A DNA stretch of 64,000 bases from Dehalococcoidia bacterium (GCA_034423175.1 DAOUJA010000017.1:20638-84637), one strand, 5' to 3'; numbered from the stretch's first letter, positions 43,052 to 52,976 are shown. The notes: generated from the letters alone by a model not told the origin. Translations and numbers: made by a program.

Positions 43052-45831
43052 AGCGTCCGCGCCCCTTCGCGCGCAGAGAAACTACGCTCACCGTACTCGC
43101 GTGCGCCGCTGCCACACTGGCGATGGCCGCGTGCGCTCCCGCACCGACGCCCACGCCCACCCCGAGTCCAACGCCAACCCCAAGCCCGACGCCGTCCCCT
43201 ACCCCGACGGCTACGCCCACCCCCACCCCAACGCCCATCCCCGCCGCCTACGCCATCGATTACGACGGCGCGTCGTTCACCATGGCGGGCGAAGGCGTCG
43301 TGGAGGTCGTCCTCTCCTTGAGCGTCACCAACACCGGCGAAGCGACGGGCGAGTCCGTTGCATTGCGCGCCTCGTTCGGCGGGGATGCACCCGAAGTCGC
43401 CGACCGCATCGAGCGCCTCCCGGGCGGCGAGACGGCGGAACTCGTCGTGGAGCGCTCGCTCCCGCCCGGCGAGCACGCCGTGACGTTCAGCGTCGGCCAG
43501 GCGCGGCACACGGCTGATGTGAACGTACAGGTGGCCGACCTCACGCTCGAACTGCTGCCGGACTATGCCGCGTCCGAGGGCGGAGTGACCACCTTCGAGG
43601 CGCTCGTCACGAATAACGGCGACATCCCCGCCGAAGGCGTTACGCTCACTGTCGAGTGGACGCCGCAGCCCGGCGAGGACGGCGCCTCCGGCAGCGCAGA
43701 CCCCGCCGCCACGATCGAGCGCATCGAGCCCGGAGCGAGCGAGACCGCCAGCCTGGCCCTGCCCATCGCCGCGGGCGCGTACGACCTCGCTCTCACCGCC
43801 GCGACCACGTCGCTCGAGGCCAGGACCCAGGACAACGGTGCCGGCGCTCCCATCGAGGTCGAATACGTGGAGCTCGTCACCACCGTTACGGGGACCCGCA
43901 CGACCGGCTATCAGCGCGACGGCAGCGGCATCGTGGAGGTTACGCTGCGAGTATCGAACGAGGGCATCGCCCCCAGCGGCCCGCTTATGATCGGCGTCCT
44001 CTGCGCGAGCGATGCCTCTCCGTGCGGCGCGGATACGATGGTCGATTCCGTCTCGCCGGAGCGGAGCGCCAGCGCCGCGCTCACCCTCACGCTCCCGCAG
44101 GGCGCCACCGCCCTCATCGCCTACGCCGGAGCCGGGGACGACGGCTACCGCTGGGGCGAGCGCAACGTCGTCGACAGGCGCGTGACCGTGGCGGAGAAGC
44201 CCGCTGTCGAGTTCGTGCTCGACGTCCTCGTAGACGTGCTCGGCTACCGGCAGGACGGCACAGCGGAGATCGATCTCTCGGTGGCGTTCCAGAACGACGG
44301 CTACAGTCCCGCTCGAGACGCCCCCGTCCCCTCGCTGGAGTGCAGCCTGGACGGCGAGCCGCTGGACGGTTGCGGAATCCCGCTGGACGGCCTCGAGCTG
44401 ACAGACGGCTTCGGCCCCGCCGAGAGCACGGTCCGCCTGCGTGCGCCGATGGGCTCGGAGCTGCGCGCCGCGCTGAGCAGCGGGGCGGTCTCGAACGCCG
44501 TCACGGTCCCCGAGCGAGTCCTGGGCGTAGAACGGAGCATCTGGGAGTGCTTCAGCGACAGGCCGCTTCGCGAGGCGACACTTGAGAACGATTTCCTCGG
44601 CGGGTGCGGCGGGTGGACGTCAGCGACCGTGCTCAAATGGGACCAGGATGAGCCGGTGAGGGTGTGGGCCCACCCTTCCGGGGACGACCTCTACCTGCGG
44701 ATACTCGAAGAAGCGCTCGACCGGCTCTCGCCCCTGCTCAACCTCGAATTCGAGTGGGTGGAGACGGCGGAAGAGGCGACGCTCAAGGCGTTCGTCGGCG
44801 TCCCTCAGAGTTGGAGCGGGCGCGCCGGGTTCCCCTCGTACTGCGCCGACGCGGCGGGCTGCGCCGGGCCGGACGGCTTCGACGACGGCAGGATCACCAG
44901 CGCCTCGATGAGCGTCTGGCTGAACACGAACATCCGGAGTCAGCAGCAGCTCCGCGACGAGATCGAGTACGTCACTGTCCACGAAGCGCTCCACGCGCTC
45001 GCCGAGATGCACCACCGTCCCGGACCGTCCAGCATCATGTCGGTCAACGCCGCAGTGCGGCTGCCGTCCTTGAGCGCGTCGGACGAGGCGCTGCTGCGGT
45101 TGTACGCGCACCCGCTCGTACTTCCCGGCATGACCATGCCCCAGGTGGAGCGGCTCATCGTGTTCGCGGACGAGTTGCTCGATGCGCCCACCGACCCGGC
45201 GCCGTCGGAGGACGACGCAGTCCGCATCGCCGAACGTACCTACGAGGCACTGCTGGAAGCGGGCTCAGCACGCTACCGCGTCCGCGGCCGGTGGCCGGGC
45301 AGCGGCTGCGACCACATCTTCTCCGGGTTCCACGCGATAGGAGGGTTCGTCCGCGGTTACCCTTCAATCGTCCATTTCGACAACAACTCCGCCGACATCT
45401 TCCTCATCAACGACCCGGGCACAGGCTGGACCGGCTGGCGGCACATCGTCGGCGAGTGGAGGTCGGGCGGCATCGGTCAGGTCTACGACGTCACGAACTG
45501 GCGCCTGAGCTTCACCGACCCTGTCGAGATGCTCCTCAACGTCATCAGCTACGCCAGCCCCGGCGACATCGCCGTCACGCGGCCATCGGAGCGGACGATC
45601 ACGCTCGGTGGAACGATCGAGAACGTCCCGCCTCCGCCGTGGGCGAACGGCGCTATTCTCCACATCAGCATCACGCTGGACGCGGAGACGTACCGCATGA
45701 CGGACTACGAGATGCGCTGGCGGTTCGACGTGCGGAGCAGCGGTTCATGCCCACGCTACGAGGTGGACGCCACCGAGGGCGAGTACGGCGTGCCGATCGA
45801 CCTTCCCACCGCAATCGGCGGCGCCTCTTGA
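43048..45831 (+). CDS. secreted lipoprotein with Thr-Pro linker, repeated CARDB-like beta domains and a C-terminal metzincin-like motif
   Basis: Lipobox LAMAAC, a 35-aa TP-rich linker, repeated ...PG.SET..L.LP... modules, and HEALHALAEMH (HExxHxxAxxH). Confidence 0.65.
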   Translation: MKRPRPFARRETTLTVLACAAATLAMAACAPAPTPTPTPSPTPTPSPTPSPTPTATPTPTPTPIPAAYAIDYDGASFTMAGEGVVEVVLSLSVTNTGEATGESVALRASFGGDAPEVADRIERLPGGETAELVVERSLPPGEHAVTFSVGQARHTADVNVQVADLTLELLPDYAASEGGVTTFEALVTNNGDIPAEGVTLTVEWTPQPGEDGASGSADPAATIERIEPGASETASLALPIAAGAYDLALTAATTSLEARTQDNGAGAPIEVEYVELVTTVTGTRTTGYQRDGSGIVEVTLRVSNEGIAPSGPLMIGVLCASDASPCGADTMVDSVSPERSASAALTLTLPQGATALIAYAGAGDDGYRWGERNVVDRRVTVAEKPAVEFVLDVLVDVLGYRQDGTAEIDLSVAFQNDGYSPARDAPVPSLECSLDGEPLDGCGIPLDGLELTDGFGPAESTVRLRAPMGSELRAALSSGAVSNAVTVPERVLGVERSIWECFSDRPLREATLENDFLGGCGGWTSATVLKWDQDEPVRVWAHPSGDDLYLRILEEALDRLSPLLNLEFEWVETAEEATLKAFVGVPQSWSGRAGFPSYCADAAGCAGPDGFDDGRITSASMSVWLNTNIRSQQQLRDEIEYVTVHEALHALAEMHHRPGPSSIMSVNAAVRLPSLSASDEALLRLYAHPLVLPGMTMPQVERLIVFADELLDAPTDPAPSEDDAVRIAERTYEALLEAGSARYRVRGRWPGSGCDHIFSGFHAIGGFVRGYPSIVHFDNNSADIFLINDPGTGWTGWRHIVGEWRSGGIGQVYDVTNWRLSFTDPVEMLLNVISYASPGDIAVTRPSERTITLGGTIENVPPPPWANGAILHISITLDAETYRMTDYEMRWRFDVRSSGSCPRYEVDATEGEYGVPIDLPTAIGGAS

Positions 45832-45886
45832 CGAGACAGGCCGTCATGTTGAGCGAAGCCCGCTACTGACGCGCAACATCCTCCCG

Positions 45887-47017
45887 CTACCGTACCGCCA
45901 GCTCCGTCACCGCCGCGACCGCGCGCTCCACGTCGCTCGCGTCGTTGAACGCAGCCGTGCAGATGCGCACGCCGGGCGGATGCCCCACGTGCCGCGCCAC
46001 GACACGGTAGCGCTCCCACAGCGCCTCGACGAACGCGGGCGGCTCCCAGCCCTCCACGCTGATAACGGTGATGGCGCACGCGGTCGGACCGTCGGTGGGT
46101 CCGTTGAACCGCACGCCGTCGATGCCGGACAGCTCCGCGCGCAGCGCCGCCGCCAGCCCGCAGGTGTGCTCTTCCACGCGCTCCGGGCCCAGCTCCCGGT
46201 TGATGCGCACGGCCTCAGCATACCCCGCGCGCTCCGCCACCCCCTGCGACGCCAGCGCGTACGGGCCCAGCCCCGGCCGGTAGCTCGCGCCGGGCAGTCT
46301 CAGCAGCGGCTTCAGCAGCTCCCGGCGGTCCGGACGCACGTAGAAGGCGCCGCTGCCCGTGGGTCCCATCAGCCACTTCTGCCCCGACGTCGCGTAGAAG
46401 TCGACACCCATCGCCGCGAAGTCCATCGCGATGTGACCGGCCGTCTGCGCTCCGTCGAACAACACGAGAGCGCCCGCCTCGTGGGCGGCTGCCACGATCT
46501 CGTCCGCGGGCAATCGCAACCCGGTCGTGAACATCACGTGACTGAGCGCCGCGATCTTCACGCGCGGGTCCAGGCCTGAGCGGAACGCTTCCACGCAGGC
46601 GTCCGCCGAGCCGTCAGGCGGCATCGCCACGCGCCTGATCTCAACGCCGCGCTCCTCCAGCACCGCGACCGGCGAGTCGATGCCGGGGTGTTCGAGATCG
46701 GTCGTGAGCAGCACGTCCCCGGGCTGCCAGTCGAGCCCCAGCAGCGCGATGGCGACGCCCTCCGACGTCCCGTGCGTGACCAGCACGTCCGCCGGGTCCA
46801 CGTTGAAGAGGCCCGCCGCCTCCGTGCGCGCCTCCTCCTCGACAGACGACGCGAGCGCCCTGCCCTCCGGCCCCGCGGGCCCCGCGGCGCTCTCGCGCTC
46901 CACGGCCTCCCGCATCCGCTCCACCACGTGCGACGGGCTCGGTCCGGCCCAGCCTGCGTTCATGTAGGTCATCGACTCCATGCAGGGGACCGAATCGCGT
47001 AGCGAGGCGAAGTCCAT
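45887..47017 (-). CDS. class V aminotransferase (cysteine desulfurase/C-S lyase-like; EgtE-like by context)
   Basis: YMNAGWAGP, a FYATSGQKWLMGPTGSGAFY PLP-Lys region, adjacent to egtD. Confidence 0.75.
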   Translation of the reverse strand: MDFASLRDSVPCMESMTYMNAGWAGPSPSHVVERMREAVERESAAGPAGPEGRALASSVEEEARTEAAGLFNVDPADVLVTHGTSEGVAIALLGLDWQPGDVLLTTDLEHPGIDSPVAVLEERGVEIRRVAMPPDGSADACVEAFRSGLDPRVKIAALSHVMFTTGLRLPADEIVAAAHEAGALVLFDGAQTAGHIAMDFAAMGVDFYATSGQKWLMGPTGSGAFYVRPDRRELLKPLLRLPGASYRPGLGPYALASQGVAERAGYAEAVRINRELGPERVEEHTCGLAAALRAELSGIDGVRFNGPTDGPTACAITVISVEGWEPPAFVEALWERYRVVARHVGHPPGVRICTAAFNDASDVERAVAAVTELAVR

Positions 47018-47044
47018 CCGCGTACCTCCCTTTACCGTGCCTGT

Positions 47045-48043
47045 CTACACCCGCGCCAGCGCGAGCGCGAACAGGTCGTCCGGGTCCGTGTACCACTCGA
47101 CGCTGCCGAACCCGGCCGCTGCGAGCGTTCCGGAGAACGCTTCCCTCGTGAACTTGTACGAGCTTTCCGTCCAGATCGTCTCACCCGCCCGGATGCTCAC
47201 CGTCTCCCCGCTCGTGGGGAGCACGAACGACACGTCCCTGAGCGCCTCCAGGTGCATCTCGATCCGCGAATGTTCCGCGTCGAACAGCGCGCAGTGCCTG
47301 AACTGGTCCGTGTCTATCTCGACGCCGAGCAGGTCGTTCACCGCTTTCAGCGAGTTCAGGTTGAACAGGGCCGTCACTCCCCTCGCGTCGTTGTACGCCG
47401 CCTCGATGACGGACGTCTCCTTCACCAGGTCGGCGCCCACGAGGAAGGCGTCGCCCGGACTGAGCATGCTCTCGCGTATCTCCGACAGGAAGTCGCGTTG
47501 CTCCTCAGGATGCAGGTTGCCGATCGTCGATCCAAGCAGCGCGGCGAGACGCGTTCCCCCTGCCGGCGGCACTTCGCGGAGGTGGCGCCAGAAGTCGCCC
47601 ACAACCGCCGCGATCTCCTGCAGATCCGGGTACGCCGCCATCAGCGCTGCGCCTCCCTCGCGCAGCGCCTCCTCGCTGATGTCGAACGGCACGTAGCGCC
47701 GCAGCGCCCCCATGGCCAGCGCCGGGCCGATCAGCAACCCGCTCTTCGCGCTGTTCCCCGGTCCCAACTCCACGATGTCGTACGGCTGCACGCTCCGCAC
47801 GATCTCCGCGCCGTGGCGCTCCAGCAGATACCGCTCCACGCGCGTGGGGTAGTACTCCTCCAGCCGCGTGATCTCGTCGAACAGCTCGGACCCGTCCCCG
47901 TGGTACAGGAATTTCGGGTCCAGCGTCTTCGGCTCGGCGGTGAGCCCCCGCACGATGTCGTCCACTGCGGAGAGGCGTTCGTCGTCTGCCTGCGTGTGGA
48001 CGGCGACGCTGAGTCGGTCGGTCGTCAAGATGCTCTCCTCCAT
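47045..48043 (-). CDS. egtD: L-histidine N-alpha-methyltransferase (EgtD family)
   Basis: PKTLDPKFLYHGDGSELFDEITRLEEYYPTRVE, ELGPGNSAKS, YVPFDIS, LGSTIGN and SYKFT. The start is set at MEESIL (48043). Confidence 0.8.
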   Translation of the reverse strand: MEESILTTDRLSVAVHTQADDERLSAVDDIVRGLTAEPKTLDPKFLYHGDGSELFDEITRLEEYYPTRVERYLLERHGAEIVRSVQPYDIVELGPGNSAKSGLLIGPALAMGALRRYVPFDISEEALREGGAALMAAYPDLQEIAAVVGDFWRHLREVPPAGGTRLAALLGSTIGNLHPEEQRDFLSEIRESMLSPGDAFLVGADLVKETSVIEAAYNDARGVTALFNLNSLKAVNDLLGVEIDTDQFRHCALFDAEHSRIEMHLEALRDVSFVLPTSGETVSIRAGETIWTESSYKFTREAFSGTLAAAGFGSVEWYTDPDDLFALALARV

Positions 48044-48193
48044 CGCCTCGCGTTCTCGTGCGAGGCGGGCCGCTCGGGGCCGCGACGGCGGGAGCCGCCG
48101 CGCCATGCAGCCCGCGAGATGATAGCACTGCGAAGGCGTGCGCCCCGACGCCGACTGGTACAATCCCTCCAACCTGGCCACAGGGAGAACGCC

Positions 48194-48538
48194 ATGGCGA
48201 ACTACATCCTGCTGATGAAACTCACTCCGGAGGGGCAGCACGCCATCCTGTCGAACCCGGACTCCATAGCGATAGCTGCGTCGGAGGTGCACGTACAGGA
48301 CGTTACCGGCCTCGGCCTCTACGCCGTGCTGGGACCATACGACTTCGTCAGCATCATCCAGGCGCCGGACAACGAGGCCGCGGCGCGCTACTCCATCCAA
48401 CTCGGCGTCCGCGTCGGCGTCAGCATCACCACGCTTCCGGCCGTGCCCATCTCGCTCCTCCACGAGCGCGACGAGCCGGACATCGATTCCCTCATCGCCG
48501 GACGGGAGGCGCCGCTGGGCGAGCCCGCCGGGCCCTGA
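48194..48538 (+). CDS. GYD-domain protein
   Basis: MANYILLMKLTPEG...LGPYDFVSIIQAPDNEAAARYSIQLG. Confidence 0.7.
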   Translation: MANYILLMKLTPEGQHAILSNPDSIAIAASEVHVQDVTGLGLYAVLGPYDFVSIIQAPDNEAAARYSIQLGVRVGVSITTLPAVPISLLHERDEPDIDSLIAGREAPLGEPAGP

Positions 48539-48624
48539 CCTCCCCGCGGCGCACGCCCCGCGCTCACCTGCTAGAATTCGCGCGCACGAACGCGTACTGA
48601 GACAACACGATCGGGAGGAAGCAC

Positions 48625-49728
48625 ATGACCACCACCAACCTGGAGATCATCGTCGACGGCGACGGGCACATCATGGAGGACGTTCAGGCCATGGCCGAGT
48701 TCCTCCCGCCCAAGTTCCGCGACCATCCCGCCCGCAGGCTCAACTCCTCACTTTTCCCGCCGCTGGACCACCTCCACGCCGGGCACTTCGTCGAGACGCC
48801 AGGGCGCCGCGACCGCAAGGGCGCGTTCGTCGGGCCGGACGGCTGGGAGGTCTTCCTCACCGACGTCGGCATCGACGCCACCGTCCTCTACCCCACCACG
48901 GGCCTCTCCTACGGCAAGATCGTCAGCCGCGACTGGGCCATCGCAACCGCCCAGGCCTACAACGACTGGCTCTACGACACCTACGTCAAGCGCGACTCCC
49001 GCTTCCACGGCGTCGGCCTCATCCCCATGCAGGAGCCCGCCGAGGCGGTCAAGGAGCTCCGCCGCTGCGTCGAGGACCTCGGCTTCGTCGGCGCGATGCT
49101 CCCCTCCTTCGGCCTCCCGGACCACCTCGGCTCCAAGATCTACTGGCCCGTGTACGAGGAGGCAGACCGCCTGCGCTGCGCCATCGCCGTGCACGGCGGC
49201 GCGCACAGCGGCATCGGGCTGGACCACATGAACGTGTACGCCCCCATCCACGCCCTCGGACACCCCGCCGGACAGGCCATCGCTCTCGCGGGCATGGTCT
49301 TCAACGGCGTCTTCGAGCGCTTCCCCAACGCCCGCTTCGGCTTCCTGGAGGGCGGCATCGGCTGGTTCGTGATGTGCTTGGAGCGCTTCGACCGCTCCCA
49401 CAGCACCCATATGGAGTACCAACTCCGCGACGACGACATGCTCGGCCCCCAGATCGACGAGAGCGTTCAGGCCTACATCCAGCGCCAGATAGACAACGAC
49501 CGCCTCTTCATCGGCTGCGAGGGCGAGGAGCCCGCGATAGCCTTCGCGGTCAGCCAGGTCGGCAACAAGCCCTTCTTCTTCTCCACCGACTTCCCCCACG
49601 AGGTCACGACTGAGACCTGCCGCCACGAGCTGCAGGAGCTTCTGGACAACCCCCAGCTCACCGACGAGGACAAGGAGGCCATCCTCCACAAGAACTCCCG
49701 CCGCTTCTACCGCCTCGGCGAGGCGTAG
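48625..49728 (+). CDS. amidohydrolase 2 family hydrolase/decarboxylase
   Basis: IIVDGDGHIME, AIAVHGG and FFSTDFPHE. Confidence 0.8.
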   Translation: MTTTNLEIIVDGDGHIMEDVQAMAEFLPPKFRDHPARRLNSSLFPPLDHLHAGHFVETPGRRDRKGAFVGPDGWEVFLTDVGIDATVLYPTTGLSYGKIVSRDWAIATAQAYNDWLYDTYVKRDSRFHGVGLIPMQEPAEAVKELRRCVEDLGFVGAMLPSFGLPDHLGSKIYWPVYEEADRLRCAIAVHGGAHSGIGLDHMNVYAPIHALGHPAGQAIALAGMVFNGVFERFPNARFGFLEGGIGWFVMCLERFDRSHSTHMEYQLRDDDMLGPQIDESVQAYIQRQIDNDRLFIGCEGEEPAIAFAVSQVGNKPFFFSTDFPHEVTTETCRHELQELLDNPQLTDEDKEAILHKNSRRFYRLGEA

Positions 49729-49741
49729 GGGGCAGCCGGGC

Positions 49742-51685
49742 ATGACCACATTCACGACGAATCCCGTCACTCTCAAGACGCTGCTCCAACAGGTGAGCAG
49801 CGGAGAGATACGACTGCCCGACTTCCAGCGCGGGTGGATATGGGATGACAATCGCATTCGGGAACTGCTAGTAAGCATCTCGCGAGGTTTTCCCATCGGA
49901 GCCGTTATGACACTCCACACAGGGGGTGACATCAATTTCAACACTCGCTTGGTTCAAGGAGTGAATAACCAACAGGCCATAAGTGAGGTAAATCAATTCC
50001 TTCTCGACGGTCAACAGCGGCTTACTTCTCTATGGCAAGCACTAATGTCCCCAGAGCCAGTCTTGACCAGAGACAACCGCGGTGGCCACATCGAGCGTTT
50101 GTACTACGTTGATGTTCTCCAGGCGTTAGACGACTTTACCGATCAAGAGACGGTTGTTCGCAGTGTACCTAGTAACAGGCAGATAAGAGATTTCCGGCGT
50201 GAAATGATACTCGATGTTTCGACTCCTGAACTTGAATATCAGAACCATCTAATTCCTACCTGGCAAGTATTCAACGCAGTGAATTGGATATTTGGCTACG
50301 ATGCCTATTGGCGTGAGCAAGGCCGCGAGCATCCTAGTGGGGACCTCAACCTATTTAGGGAGCGTATTCAAAATGAGATAAGTAATGCTTTTGCCGGATA
50401 TAATATACCCGTCATCGCTTTAGGTGCAGAAACTCCAAAAGAAGCTGTCTGCACTGTTTTCGAAAAGGTCAATACAGGAGGTGTCCCTCTCACAGTTTTT
50501 GAGTTAGTGACCGCTTCATTTGCCGCAAGCGACTTCCCATTGCGGGACAACTGGGATGAGCGGCGTAAACGAATGCGTCGAGAATCTGTTCTCCACGGCA
50601 TTGAAGGCGAACAGTTCTTACAGGCTGTTGCGCTCCTGGCAACTCAAGAACGCCGGAGAGCCAAGGTTCAAGAGCAACCTGATGCTCCTCCCAACCAGAT
50701 TCCTCGTATCGGTTGCCAGAAACGCGATGTCCTCAGCTTGACTCTCGATGAATACCTAGTTTGGGCAGACAAGGTTGAACAGGGCTTCTTCGAAGCGGCA
50801 AAGTTCCTTCATTCGCAGTACGTCTTCAATGCTTGGGACGTACCCTACGCTACGCAACTAGTGCCGCTCGCAGTGCTATTCGTAGAACTCGGTAGCGACT
50901 TGGAAGACGCCAATGCAAGGGAACGACTGGAACACTGGTACTGGTCGGGAATCTTCGGCGAAGCCTACGGGAGCGCCATTGAGACACAGTACGCGCGCGA
51001 CTTGGAGCAGGTGGCAGTATACGTTCGGACGGGTGCAGAGCCCTTACTAGTGGAGGAGGCTAACTTCGTTCCCCAACGACTCCTCACCCTTCGGACACGC
51101 AACATCGCGGCCTACAAGGGGCTTTACGCTCTCCAAATGAAGAGCGGCGCGGCTGATTGGCGTACAGGCGAAAAACTCACCTTGGCAACCTACCATGACG
51201 AGGCCATCGACATTCACCATATCTTCCCTGTCGCATGGTGCCAAGCAGACCCACCCATTCCTGCAGACCTGTATAACTCCATCATCAACAAGACTCCTAT
51301 CGACGCAGGCACCAACAGGAGGATCGGCGGACGAGCACCTTCCGAGTACCTCCCTAGGCTCAGGACCCGCTATTCCAACCTTGACGAAGCCCTCCAAGCC
51401 CATTGGGTCAACCCTGAGCACCTAGAAGAGGACGACTTCTACACCAGTTTCATCGAGCGGGGTGAGCAGATGCTCAGCCTTATCGGCAATGCGATGCGGA
51501 AGGACATACAGGGTGGGAGAGAAGTGTTCCGCACCGCACTGCTTCGAGGCATGCCTGAAGACCTCATTCCTGAAGGCGAAGCCGAAGATGCAGACGACGA
51601 TGCCGAGCTACAGGAGTTCGACGACAACGAAAATGAGTATGATGACGTGAGTAATGCCGAGTACGGCGTAGAAGACGACGAATAG
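49742..51685 (+). CDS. GmrSD-type protein (N-terminal DUF262 ParB-like NTPase, C-terminal DUF1524 His-Me finger nuclease)
   Basis: LPDFQRGWIWDD, LLDGQQRLTSL and C-terminal AIDIHHIFP...NSIINKTPIDAGTNRRIG. G+C about 50 percent. Confidence 0.85.
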   Translation: MTTFTTNPVTLKTLLQQVSSGEIRLPDFQRGWIWDDNRIRELLVSISRGFPIGAVMTLHTGGDINFNTRLVQGVNNQQAISEVNQFLLDGQQRLTSLWQALMSPEPVLTRDNRGGHIERLYYVDVLQALDDFTDQETVVRSVPSNRQIRDFRREMILDVSTPELEYQNHLIPTWQVFNAVNWIFGYDAYWREQGREHPSGDLNLFRERIQNEISNAFAGYNIPVIALGAETPKEAVCTVFEKVNTGGVPLTVFELVTASFAASDFPLRDNWDERRKRMRRESVLHGIEGEQFLQAVALLATQERRRAKVQEQPDAPPNQIPRIGCQKRDVLSLTLDEYLVWADKVEQGFFEAAKFLHSQYVFNAWDVPYATQLVPLAVLFVELGSDLEDANARERLEHWYWSGIFGEAYGSAIETQYARDLEQVAVYVRTGAEPLLVEEANFVPQRLLTLRTRNIAAYKGLYALQMKSGAADWRTGEKLTLATYHDEAIDIHHIFPVAWCQADPPIPADLYNSIINKTPIDAGTNRRIGGRAPSEYLPRLRTRYSNLDEALQAHWVNPEHLEEDDFYTSFIERGEQMLSLIGNAMRKDIQGGREVFRTALLRGMPEDLIPEGEAEDADDDAELQEFDDNENEYDDVSNAEYGVEDDE

Positions 51686-51701
51686 CGAGGTGTAGGAGAA
51701 C

Positions 51702-52976
51702 ATGATTCCAAGCCACGTCAACGAGGAACTCACGCAGGTAGGCCCCGGCACGCCCATGGGCGAACTCATGCGCCGCTACTGGCACCCCATCGCCGCCGCC
51801 GGCGAGCTGATGGAGCGCCCCACCAAGGCCGTCCGCATCCTCGGCGAGGACCTCGTCCTCTACAGGGACAGGTCCGGCACCCTCGGCCTCATCGACCGCT
51901 TCTGCCCCCACCGCCGCGTCGACCTCTCCTACGGCATCCCTGAGGAGCACGGCCTCCGTTGCATGTACCACGGCTGGATGATGGACGAGACCGGACAGTG
52001 CATCGAGCAGCCCTTCGAGGAGACCGTCCACCCGGACGGACGCTTCAAGGAGAAGGTGAAGGTCGCCGGCTACCCGGTGCAGGAGCTCGGCGGACTCATC
52101 TTCGCCTACATGGGCCCGCAGCCCGCGCCGCTGCTCCCCCGCTGGGAGCAGCTCACCTACGACGACGCCGTCCGCGACATCGCCATCTCCCACCTGCCCT
52201 GCAGCTGGCTGCAGTGCCAGGAGAACTCCGTCGACCCCGTCCACACGGAGTGGCTGCACTTCTACTTCGGCAACTACGTCCGCAACGGCGTCGCCGCCGC
52301 CCCGGAGACCCAGCCAAAGACCATGAAGATCGCCTTCGACGCCTTCGAGTACGGCATCATCAAGCGCAGGCTGCAGCTGGGCTTCCCGGAAGACGGCGAG
52401 GACTGGGCCAAGGGCCATCCCATCATGTTCCCGAACATCCTCTTCGTCGGCGACCAGGTGCGCACCACCACCCAGTGGCGCGTTCCCATCGACGACGAGA
52501 ACACGTACCACGTCTCCTACTACGTCTACCGCGCGAAGCCCGGGACTCCCGTGCCGCAGCAGGATGTCGCGGCCTACCGCTACGTGCCGCTCTACGAGCC
52601 GGACGGGCGCTTCTACACCGGCGCGACGTTCAACCAGGACTACATGTGCTGGATAAGCCAGGGCGCCGTCGCCCGGCGCGACAAGGAGATGCTCGGCGAG
52701 TCCGACATCGGCCTCATCCTCTTCCGCAAGATGCTCCGCCAGCAGATGAAGGTCGTCGAGGACGGCGGCGACCCCATGAACGTCTTCCGCGACCCCGCGA
52801 AGGCCAACCACATCGCCCTGCCGATGGAGAGCGTCAAGCACGGCATCAAGCCGGACGGGCGCTACCGCCCCGGCGAGAACGGCGAGAGCCCCATCATCCC
52901 CATGATCGAGGAAGTGCTCCGCAGTTGGGTGCCGGAGGAGGTCGTCGCCCAGTCGGCGGACCTCGGTCTCTTCTAG
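51702..52976 (+). CDS. Rieske [2Fe-2S] non-heme iron oxygenase, alpha-subunit-like
   Basis: Rieske motif CPHRRVDLSYG...RCMYHGW. A downstream NSVDPVHTEWLH region is a candidate iron-binding site. Confidence 0.8.
   Translation: MIPSHVNEELTQVGPGTPMGELMRRYWHPIAAAGELMERPTKAVRILGEDLVLYRDRSGTLGLIDRFCPHRRVDLSYGIPEEHGLRCMYHGWMMDETGQCIEQPFEETVHPDGRFKEKVKVAGYPVQELGGLIFAYMGPQPAPLLPRWEQLTYDDAVRDIAISHLPCSWLQCQENSVDPVHTEWLHFYFGNYVRNGVAAAPETQPKTMKIAFDAFEYGIIKRRLQLGFPEDGEDWAKGHPIMFPNILFVGDQVRTTTQWRVPIDDENTYHVSYYVYRAKPGTPVPQQDVAAYRYVPLYEPDGRFYTGATFNQDYMCWISQGAVARRDKEMLGESDIGLILFRKMLRQQMKVVEDGGDPMNVFRDPAKANHIALPMESVKHGIKPDGRYRPGENGESPIIPMIEEVLRSWVPEEVVAQSADLGLF

Noticed and set aside
43135-43245. Short-period nucleotide repetition (ccgacgcc/cacccc units) that could look like a tandem repeat or mini-array
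   Set aside because: It is the coding sequence of a Thr-Pro linker following a lipoprotein signal peptide. The same kind of sequence occurs at 62215-62270 in another lipoprotein. It is not a CRISPR array or a non-coding repeat.
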